DNA of 64,000 nucleotides from an uncultured Verrucomicrobiota bacterium (GTDB lineage: Bacteria; Verrucomicrobiota; Kiritimatiellia; Kiritimatiellales; Tichowtungiaceae): NCBI GenBank assembly GCA_903826865.1, contig CAIKGD010000012.1, positions 2,362 through 66,361 of the forward strand, written 5' to 3'. The notes under the pieces are model-generated. The model was not told the origin of the DNA and did no database searches. It saw nothing but the letters and a program-made list of their open reading frames with translations. Of the stretch, positions 1 to 9,700 are shown piece by piece. How positions within the stretch are numbered: position 1 is the first letter of the stretch; each line of letters opens with the position of its first letter. The position numbers and the translations under genes were made by a program.

Positions 1-946
1 CTCCATCGCCACGCGCTCGGCCTCCGGCAAAGTTCTGCAGGATCTGGCTAAAGCGGTGCCTTATCTCGTCGGCGGATCGGCCGATCTCGCGCCGAGCAAT
101 AACACCTATCTCAAAGATCTGGGCGACATCAGCAAAAAATCCTTCAAAGGCCGCAACTTCCATTTCGGCGTGCGCGAACTGGGCATGGGTTCCATCATGA
201 ACGGCGTGCAGGTGCATGGCGGTTTCCGTATCTACGGCGCCACCTTCCTGGTATTCGCCGACTATGTCCGCCCGACCACCCGCGTCGCCGCGCTGATGAA
301 ACTGCCGGTTATTTATGTCTACACGCACGACAGCTTTTACGTCGGCGAAGACGGACCGACCCATCAGCCGATTGAAACACTGATGAGTCTGCGTATCACG
401 CCGAACGTCACCGTGATCCGTCCGTCCGATGCGACGGAAACCAAGTGCGCCTGGATTGCGGCGCTCGAAAATAAAACCGGACCGACCGCCCTGCTCCTCA
501 CCCGCCAGAATCTGCCCGTCTTCGACCGCAAAGAGCTGGCGAGCGCCTGCAACCTAAAAAAAGGCGCCTATACAATTTGGGAAAGCACTGCAAGTAATCA
601 CGATATTCTGATTGTGGCGAGCGGCTCTGAAGTCTGGCTATCCATCGAGACTGGTAAAAAACTGGCCGCAGAAGGTAAAGCGGTGCGCGTCGTAAGCTTC
701 CCGAGCTGGGAACTGTTCGAAGCGCAAAGTGCAGAATACAAAGCCTCTGTTTTCCCGCCTGAATGCAAAACCCGCCTCGCCGTCGAAGCGGGACATTCGC
801 AGGGCTGGGAGAAATATACCGGCGACAAGGGTCGCGTTATCGGAATTAATCATTTCGGCGCTTCGGCACCGGCCGGCGCGCTGGCCAAGGAATTCGGTTT
901 CACGGCAGACAATGTTTATAAAACGGCGAAAGAAATGCTGGGTTGA
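1..946 (+). CDS. tkt: transketolase, C-terminal ~315 aa (5' end lies upstream of the window)
   Basis: Frame 2 is open from nt 2 (SIATRSASGKVLQDLAKAVPYLVGGSADLAPSNNT...). It contains GEDGPTHQPIE and the transketolase C-terminal region. Stop at 944-946. Confidence 0.95.
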   Translation, partial: SIATRSASGKVLQDLAKAVPYLVGGSADLAPSNNTYLKDLGDISKKSFKGRNFHFGVRELGMGSIMNGVQVHGGFRIYGATFLVFADYVRPTTRVAALMKLPVIYVYTHDSFYVGEDGPTHQPIETLMSLRITPNVTVIRPSDATETKCAWIAALENKTGPTALLLTRQNLPVFDRKELASACNLKKGAYTIWESTASNHDILIVASGSEVWLSIETGKKLAAEGKAVRVVSFPSWELFEAQSAEYKASVFPPECKTRLAVEAGHSQGWEKYTGDKGRVIGINHFGASAPAGALAKEFGFTADNVYKTAKEMLG

Positions 947-968
947 CTCTAAGCCTTTCACCGGCTGA

Positions 969-1003
969 AAAAGCTCACCATTACCGGTGAGCTTTTTTAT
1001 TTT
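969..1003 (+). terminator. Rho-independent terminator after tkt
   Basis: Stem agctcacc (972-979) pairs with ggtgagct (986-993) across a 6-nt loop, followed by ttttttatttt. Confidence 0.7.
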
Positions 1004-1052
1004 TAACTGTAAAGCACAGCCTGTTGCCACTAAACTCTGACTTAATTATGGA

Positions 1053-2633
1053 GTGTCACACATTATGGAGCAGAACGGTGTTTCTCCTCAACACGCGCAT
1101 GATCAGGAAATCTCTGAAGAGCTTCGTTCCGTACTGATTTCTCTGGGAAGAGGTTTGGGTACCGTTTCGGTTTACGGCATGGAACACCCCTCCGTAGAAC
1201 TGATCATTGATGCCACTTTTGAAAATCTGCACGCCGCTCTGCAAAACCGGAAATCAATCACCATCGGTACGTTCAAAGGAACACTGACCGTTGATGACCA
1301 ACCCGTCGTTGCGCGCGATGTTCCGATCCGCACACTCGAAAAACGGCTGGCTTCCCTGAGAGTATCCCACCTGGCACTCAGCAAAGGGCTCACCAGAAAC
1401 GAACTGAAAAAACTGCTTGCCGCTCTCTGCACGCCCGGCGATTCGCAACTGAAGGAAACTCTTTCCGCAGCCGGGCTTGATCATGTCGAAATGAGCGACG
1501 TTAAATACGTCGCGCTGCACAACGGTGAACAGAAAACCGGTAGTGGCGGCAACGGGAAAAATGATGACGAAACCGGTTCCGGCGCTGATGAATTTTCCCC
1601 CTTGAAAGTCAGCCGGATCGTTGCCTTCCTCAAAGGCGAGGCCTCCGGAGCCGAAGTCTCCGGCGATGTCAAAAAAATGCTTTCCGATCCGGAGCGGCTT
1701 GGACAGATGATCATGGAAGCCGCTGCTATCCGTCAATCGACTGCGGGTGTGCAGGATGGCGAGGCCTTCGCCGATGTCGTGATCGGCTGCCTGCGCCGCA
1801 CATTCGGCGGGTTGCGCAAAGAAGCCGACTTTCAGACCCCGAAAGGCAGAGTCAATCTGACCAAAGCCTTGATGCTACTCGAAAAAACCGTGCTGGATAA
1901 AATCCATCTGGCACTCGGTGCGCAGCATCCGGAAATCGACCGGCGCATCTTCGATGCCGTCCGTGAAATGGAGGAGCAACAGCAGTTTGAAATACTTACC
2001 GCCCACTATTTCGACCAGCGCCGCAAAATGGATGACGTGGAATCGAAAATGATCAAAAGCATCAGGGAGCAAGGCGCAGAAAAAGCACGCGAACAGCCGG
2101 GTGCTTCAGATATTCCGCTCAAAAACTGGCAACGTCTGGTGGTCAAAGCCGGCACGGTTCCTGAAAACAGCGGTGGTGCAGAAACCGGTTTGGGACTGGA
2201 CATGAGTGCTCTAGCCGTTGTCCTTGAAAAGCTGGAAGGGCTGATGCGGGTTGAACACAGTGACCCGTTTCAGATTAAAACCACTGTCGATGCCGCACGC
2301 AACGGACTGGGCACCTATGCCGACCGGATTGAAGCGAAGATACAGGAACTTGAAGAACAGATTGAACTGCGCAAACGAAACCCGGTTACGATTGAAGACC
2401 ACGCCGACCATCTGGGCCGGGAAGAACTGATAATTGAAGTGTCTAAACTGACATTGACGCTGCTTCAGCCGCTGACAGTCGTTAACGCGTCGGTAGAAGC
2501 CGCCATTCGTCACGCTGATAAGGAGACGCAAAAAGATCTTCTTAACCTGGCGTACGAAAGCGGCAAACGGATGCAGTCGCTCACTCATCGCCTGATGACG
2601 CTGGTCGGCTATCCGATGCTTTTTAAAAAATGA
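1053..2633 (+). CDS. hypothetical protein, 526 aa, with an acidic/Gly-rich linker and coiled-coil-like C-terminal half
   Basis: Long ORF with no competing ORF of similar length. The start is GTG at 1053 or ATG at 1065. I recognised no catalytic motif. Confidence 0.6.
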   Translation: MSHIMEQNGVSPQHAHDQEISEELRSVLISLGRGLGTVSVYGMEHPSVELIIDATFENLHAALQNRKSITIGTFKGTLTVDDQPVVARDVPIRTLEKRLASLRVSHLALSKGLTRNELKKLLAALCTPGDSQLKETLSAAGLDHVEMSDVKYVALHNGEQKTGSGGNGKNDDETGSGADEFSPLKVSRIVAFLKGEASGAEVSGDVKKMLSDPERLGQMIMEAAAIRQSTAGVQDGEAFADVVIGCLRRTFGGLRKEADFQTPKGRVNLTKALMLLEKTVLDKIHLALGAQHPEIDRRIFDAVREMEEQQQFEILTAHYFDQRRKMDDVESKMIKSIREQGAEKAREQPGASDIPLKNWQRLVVKAGTVPENSGGAETGLGLDMSALAVVLEKLEGLMRVEHSDPFQIKTTVDAARNGLGTYADRIEAKIQELEEQIELRKRNPVTIEDHADHLGREELIIEVSKLTLTLLQPLTVVNASVEAAIRHADKETQKDLLNLAYESGKRMQSLTHRLMTLVGYPMLFKK

Positions 2634-2636
2634 CGC

Positions 2637-3722
2637 TTATGCCTTCCGTCGCCGACGAAGAAACACGACCAGCGCGGCAATCAGCACGGCCAGACCGGCC
2701 AGACCGGCCAGTACCGGCAGAACGAACCCGTGTTTCTTTTCCGTAGATAAATCCGGAAGCGGTTCAGGCACCGGTGCAACAACAGGAGGAGGAGGAGGAA
2801 GCGGCGGAAGTTTAATAAATCCCTTCTCGATCCACTCTGCGGCTTTGGCATCGCGCACATGTTTGTCTTTGCTTCCCATAATCACCGCGATGACACGCCG
2901 GCCGTCGCGCTGGGCAGTGGCCGCAATGGAAAATCCGCCCGCGTAGAAATAACCGGTTTTAAGACCGTCGCAACCGGGCACCTGACCGAGCAGTTTATTC
3001 GAACTCGTCAGCTGAACTGCATTGGTTTCACGGAAAGGACGGGTTGAAATCGAAGTGTACTTCAGTGTTTCAGGATGTTCCGCCAGCAACGCTCTGGACA
3101 GCAAAGCCATATCAAGCGCCGAACCGGTATCCACTTCCTGCCCCGGCCCCGGCGGCAACCCGTGCACGTTATGGAAAACCGTATTGCGAAGTCCGAGTCC
3201 GCGCGCCTTGGCATTCATCCGTTCCGCATGCGCCTCGCGGCTGCCCGAAGCGCGAATCGCCAGTGCTGCCGCTGCATCGTTCGCCGAATGAATTACCATG
3301 GCGTAAATCAGCTCTTCCAGCGGGAAAACTTCACCCTCTTTCAGCCACACCTGCCGTGCGCCGACTTTTGTCACTTCGCGGTCAATGGTCACCGGTTCGT
3401 CCAGACGGAGTTTCCCGGCCTTCACATCGTCAAGCAGTACAAACAGGGTCATCAGCTTGACCATGCTGGCGGGATAGGCCGCCGCCGACGCGTGGTCTTC
3501 CTGAAGAACCGCGCCAGTGGACGCGTCAATGACAACGGCACCGTAGTACGGGTCGCGCGAAATGACGTTCAGCGTCGTCTTTGCCGGAACTGCTGCGGCG
3601 GGAGCAGCAGGTTTCTTCTTCACCGCACCCGCTTTGGAGGGTGTAGCGGCCTGCGCGCAGAATGCGGCGGCCAGCAGGGACAGAATTATCAGCAAAAATT
3701 TTCTGAAATCGGAAAAAATCAT
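2637..3722 (-). CDS. serine-type D-Ala-D-Ala carboxypeptidase (PBP5/6, peptidase S11-like), C-terminally membrane anchored
   Basis: Contains SxxK (ASMVK), SxN (HSAND) and KTG (LKTGY). The signal peptide MIFSDFRKFLLIILSLLAAAFCAQA sets the start at ATG 3720-3722. The tail has a Pro-rich linker plus a hydrophobic anchor and RRRRKA. Confidence 0.9.
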   Translation of the reverse strand: MIFSDFRKFLLIILSLLAAAFCAQAATPSKAGAVKKKPAAPAAAVPAKTTLNVISRDPYYGAVVIDASTGAVLQEDHASAAAYPASMVKLMTLFVLLDDVKAGKLRLDEPVTIDREVTKVGARQVWLKEGEVFPLEELIYAMVIHSANDAAAALAIRASGSREAHAERMNAKARGLGLRNTVFHNVHGLPPGPGQEVDTGSALDMALLSRALLAEHPETLKYTSISTRPFRETNAVQLTSSNKLLGQVPGCDGLKTGYFYAGGFSIAATAQRDGRRVIAVIMGSKDKHVRDAKAAEWIEKGFIKLPPLPPPPPVVAPVPEPLPDLSTEKKHGFVLPVLAGLAGLAVLIAALVVFLRRRRKA

Positions 3723-3789
3723 AAAAAGCTCCTTTACGTTACTGGCACGAGAAACTAGCAAAAGCACGGCGGTGTGCGAAGAAATATCG

Positions 3790-6700
3790 TCAACCAACCT
3801 TTTTAAGCGCTTTTTCGATGCTGGCGTTAAGGCGCGCGGCAAGCACTTGAACGGCGGGCTCGTGAAGCATTCCGCGGTGCTCGCCGGGAACCAGATAGAC
3901 ATCCTGATCGTCAGTCAGCACGGCCCATTCCATGGTCATATCCGGCAGGAACCAGCCGGCCAGTTCGTCGGAACGGAAAAGCGCGGTGCGTCCCGGATAA
4001 TAGCGGGGGTTATATTTGAGCGCGGCTTCACGGTTGCGTCGGTAAACTTCCTCTCGATTGGCCAGCACCCCTTCTTTAGCCTGCACGCCGTCGAGCATGG
4101 TAACGGCATCGGCGGCTTCGTCACGGAAGGAGTTTTTGAAACGATGCAAGATGATCTTTATCCACTGGCGGATACCGATGAGACGCGTAAGCTGGAACCG
4201 CCGCCAGTAGAAGCTGATCCGGCGTTCGGCGGGCGGATAAGCCCAGGCGTCAATCAACGCGAGCAGTTTGACTTCGCAGCCTTGATCCATCAGTTGGCGC
4301 GCCATTTCCATGGCGACATAGCCGCCATAGCACCAGCCGCCGAGCAGATAGGGTCCATCCGGCAGAAATTCGCGCAATACAGAAACGTAGTAAGCGGCCA
4401 TTTGCGGAATGGTGGAATGGACTTTGTCCGGATCAAGCAGTCCGAGGGACTGGAAACCGTACACCGGCTGATCCGGCGGCAGATTGTGCACGAGATTCGA
4501 GTAACCGAGCAGGTCGCCCGGAGCGCTGTGCAGGAGAAACAGCGGCACACGCCCCGGATTGCCTTCTTTGAGACAGACCAGCGATTTGTATTCGGACTCA
4601 CCGCGCAGACTGACCACTTCGACCATCTGCGCAATGGTGGGATACTGAAAGAGCTGTGCGACTGTCAGCGACAGCCCGCAGGCCAGAATCCGCTCGACCA
4701 GCTGTATGGCCAGCAGTGAATGACCGCCGAGATCAAAAAAGTTGTCGTGAATGCCGATTTGATTGATGCCGAGTACCGCCGACCAGATTTCCGCCAGCGT
4801 TTTCTGCTGCGGCGTTGAGGGCTCCACATAATTTTCGCGCGCCCGGACGGCGTTTTTAACCGGCGACGGCAGTGCCTTGCGGTCAACTTTTCCACCCGGT
4901 GCAACCGGAAATTCGTCAAGTTCCATAAAGGCAACCGGAATCATGTATTCCGGCAGACTGGCGGCAAGAAAGGCGCGCAGTTCACTGACAGACGGCGACA
5001 GACCCGGCACAGGAATATAATAGGCCGCCAGTTCTTTCTGCTCCGAAAGATCGTCGCGAGCGACCACAACAGCCTGCGCGATGTCGCTGTGCTGCTCCAG
5101 CACAGCGGCGATTCCGTCGGGTTCGATACGGAAACCGCGGATTTTCACCTGATTGTCCACACGTCCCATAAAGCCGATGCGTCCGTCGGACTGGCGGCAG
5201 ACTAGGTCGCCGGTACAGTAGAGCATCCCCTCGCCCCACGGATTACGGATAAATTTTTCACGGGTCAGATCTGACCGGTTGAGATAGCCGCGGGCAACAC
5301 CTTCGCCGCCGATCAGCAGTTCGCCGGGCATGCTGAGCGATACAAGCTGACGCCGCTCATCCGCCACATAGAGTGCCGTACCCGCAATCGGCAGACCGAT
5401 CGGCACTTCGCCGGTGACCGCGCCGGTCAGTTCGTGAACCGTGGCCACCACCGTGCATTCGGTCGGACCGTACGTATTGAAAAGCCGGACCGCTCCGCCG
5501 CCTTTCTGCAACCAGACGCGGCAGAGTTCCGCCGAAACTTTCTCGCCGCCGATGATAACCGCCCGCAGCGTTTTCGGCACGGTACGCAGATTGCGCACCC
5601 ATTCGTGCCAATAGGCGGTCGGCAGATCAACTGCCGTAATTTTCCGGCGCTCAACGAATTTTTCAAACTCGGATGTCGAACTGGAGATTTCGTCACTGCG
5701 CAGCACCACCGTGCCGCCGGAGGCCCAGGCCGGAAACAGCTCTTCAACCGAGCCGTCAAAATTCATCGAGAAAAACTGAAGAACACGGTCTTTGGCACTG
5801 ATACCGTAAATCTGAATCGAAGCCAGACAGTGATTCACCACATTGCGGTGTTCTACCATCACTCCTTTCGGTTTACCGGTGGAGCCGGAGGTGTAGAAAA
5901 TGTACGCCAGATTGGAGTTTTCACCGCAAACCGACGGTTTGGATGTACTGTCGGTGATCAGATCCACGCAAACGGCGGTGCGCCCGCCGTAAATCCGGTT
6001 GCTCAACGCCTCGACGGTGACAATAATCGGCATAGCCGTTTCACCCATGATAAATTCGAGACGGTCTGACGGATATTCGGGGTCAAGCGGCACATAGGCG
6101 CCGCCCGCCTTAAGAATACCCAGCATGCCGATGCACATTTCCAGAGAGCGGTTCACAAAAAGACCGACGGGTGTGCCGGGCTTGACTCCGAGTTCCTGCA
6201 ACCGTGCAGCCAGCGCATCGGCCCGCGCATCAAGTTCAGCGTAAGTCAGTTTCCCATCTATTCCTTCGACGGCCGTCGCGCGCGGCGTTTTTTCAGCCTG
6301 CGCCTCAAAAAGCTGATGGATGCAGCGGGTTTCACCGAAACCGGGTGTGCGCATCTGGAATTTCTCCAGCTCGCGGCGGTCATGAACCGTTAATACAGAT
6401 TGGGAAAAGAGCGGCTGACTGAGATAGGCCGTATGGCGGAAGGCGCGGAAATGCTCCCACACTTTGGCCGGACAGCGTATTTCGTTTTCGCCGAATACGA
6501 CGTGGTAAACCGGCGGCCTGTGCAGCGCAGGGAACCGCTGGAACAGGTCGCGCGCATAAGTTTTGCGCTTGCGGCAGATTTCGAGCGCCTTTTCAGCCTG
6601 CTGCATATTGTCAAAAAGGGACTGTTCGGCATTGAGCGCAACATGCAGAGGAACCTGATCGGCGAAAAACTCCGGTGCATCTGTTTTCGCTTTCCAGCCG

Positions 6701-9700
6701 ACAGTGAACTGATCCTGCGAGCAGAAGCGGGCCAGAAAACAGAGAAACAGCGGCAGGTCGGTGAGCGTATAGTGATGAATCGAACGGTCAATGCCGGCAG
6801 GAATTTCCAGCGGCTGGAAATTTTCGAAGCGGCGTACCCAGAAACGCTCATGGCCGGCCAGTCCGTCATTAATGGCTTCCAGTTTTTTACCGAGATTTGA
6901 AAATGCCGGTTCATTGACGATCCAGTCGGCGACCTCACCGACAGCGGAGAACCGGATATTCGACGGTTCGCCGTCCAGAGTGAACAGAGAGCCGTCGGAT
7001 TTGATTACATAGATGTCGCCGCCGAATAAAACCTTGGGCAGGCCTAGATCGTTGGGCTGATTACCGAAGTCGAGCGCGCGGCGCAAGGCATCGGTCTCGG
7101 TCTGCGGACGGTTCCAGTCAATAAGACCGCCGTAAGCGGGCCGTTTGTGAAGCGGATAATAGGTGCGCTTCCGCAAATCCTGCGGTGTGCGGACTTCGCG
7201 TCCTTCGACCAGTTCCAGCGCGAGTTCACTGAGAGCGTCAATGGCGGTATCGTAGCAACGGGCGTTAAGCGTAAACGAGGTGTCGTTTTCGTGCACATCC
7301 ACCGTGCGCTGTTTCAGCAGATCGCCCGCATCCACTTCGTCAACCATTACATGCCAGCTGACGCCGTGGAGCCTCTCGCGGTTGATGATCGCCCACGCGG
7401 TGGAATAAACCCCCGCGTAGCGCGGCAGCGGCGCGTCGTGGTAGTTGATCGCATAGCGGCGCGGCATGGCGAGCACGTCCGGCTTAAGGATATAGCTGTT
7501 GACGATGCTGAAGAGAAAATCAAACGGCTGTGCGGAAAGAATTTTTTCAAATCCGTCAGAGGGATGATGCCACGGAACGCCTTTTTCTTTCGCCCAGCGG
7601 CGGTTGGCAGGATCGGGTGAAATGAGGCCGAGCACCCGCATGCCGCGGCGGCGCAGAACTTCGGTGCAGCGCAGGCAGAGCGAGCCTTCGCCAATGACAA
7701 AACAGGTCGGCGCTTCTTGGTCGCCCGTCTGGAGGTACTCGCCAAGCGGACGGTACGGATCTTTGACTACCTGCCGCGCCAGCATCATAAAACCGGCCGT
7801 GATCCGCTCGGCGGTGGCGGCATCGAACAGTTCAGCGTCGTATTCCAGCTGCCCTTCAAGCTGCCCTTCGCGCTCAATGAAATAGAGCAGCATATCCATT
7901 TTCGACGTGTCGTTGCCGATTTCGTCGTCAGTCAGCGTGAGGCCGGCGAACTTTTTGGTCGGCAGCGGCATATTGTGGAGAATGAGCGAATTGCGGAATA
8001 CGGGATAGCGCGTCCCGCCGCTGACCGATTCCATGACTTTTTCAAAAGGAATGTCCTGATTTTCGTAGGCTTCCAGGGCGGTGCGGCGGACGCGCTCGAG
8101 TACGGCGGCAAAAGCCGGCGCGCCGGAAAAATCCGTGCGCAGGGCGAGCGCATTGATGAAGGTACCGATGACTTTTTCGACCTGCGGATGGTTGCGGTTG
8201 GCGATGGCGGTACCGGTGATGATGTCGGCCGAGCCGGTGGCGCGGTGCAGCAGCGTCTGCCAGATGGAGGCAAGCACCATAAACAGCGAGGCGCTTTCGC
8301 GGCGGCCCAGTGCGGTGAGCGCGGCCGTGAGATCAGGCGAAACGGTGAACGCGTGCCGCGCTCCGCGATGCGCGGAAACTTCGGGGCGACCGTGATCCAG
8401 CGGAAAGTGGAGGTCGGGGCGCGGCGCGGCCAGTTTTTCCTTCCAGTAATCGAGTTGCGGCTGCAGCGAACCGCTTTTGATGCGTTCGTCAATCCACACG
8501 GCGATATCGGAATACTGCCGTTCGACCGGCGGCTGCGGTAACGGACACCCGTCGAGAAAAGCCTCATAGATTTCTGCAAACTCCGTCGCAAAGCGGCTGA
8601 TGCCCCACCCGTCAGCAGCGATGTGATGAATGTTGAAGAAAAGATCAAAACGGTTTTCGGCCAGCTTGACCAGTTCGGCATTAATAAGAGGACCGGCGGA
8701 CAGATCAAAAATATGGCGTCCGTTCGCCAGCCGCATTTCGGCGGCCCGGCGGTCGCGCCCGGCGGCATCCATACCGCTCAGATCGGTGAGTTTGACGGGC
8801 ACAGAAACCTTATCAAGCGGCCGCTGTACCATTTCACCTTTTTCCATGGTGTAGACCATGCGCAGTGAATCGTGACGGCGGATGACCTCGTTAAACGCCG
8901 TCTCCAGCACGTCGACGTTCAGCGGACCGTTCAGATGAATCACTTCAGGGATGTTGGACAGAAGGCCTGAACGGTCCGACTGATGCAGCATCCACATGGT
9001 GCGCTGTGACGGTGTCAGCGGATAGAAAGAACGTCCGGCGGCGAGCGGGATCTCTTTGCTTACGGGGCCCGCCCGTCGAAGCAGATCAATCGAGGCAGCC
9101 AGTTTTCCGACGGTCGGATTTTCGTAGATATCCTTCAGCGGAATATCAACCCGGAGTTCCGTATTGATTTTCGACGCCAGCTGCGTGGCCAGCAGTGAGT
9201 GTCCGCCCAGCGCAAAGAAATGGTCGTTCAATCCAGCCGGTCCGGTTTTAAGCACGGCGGTGAACAGTTCCGCGACTGTCTTTTCAGTTGCCGAAACCGG
9301 CGGCTTGAACTCGGCCGCACGCACCTGTTCAAGATCGGCGGCGGCGGGCGGCGGCAGCGCTTTGCGGTCGGTTTTGCCGTTGGCCGTGAGCGGAATATGC
9401 GCAAGCCGGATGAAAAGCGACGGAACCATGTAAGGCGGCAGCTCGCGTCCAAGAGCCTGCCGTATTTTTTCAACCGTAAGAGTGCCGGATCCCTGCACTG
9501 TATAATAAGCGGCAAGGCGGCGGATGCCGGGGATATCCTCACGCACCACCACCGCCGATTCGCGCACACCATTGATCCGGCAAAGCGCCGATTCAATTTC
9601 GCCGGGTTCCACACGATAGCCGAGGAATTTAATCTGCTGATCCGTGCGTCCGGCAAACATCAGGTTGCCGTCGGGCAGACGCACGGCGCGGTCGCCGGTG

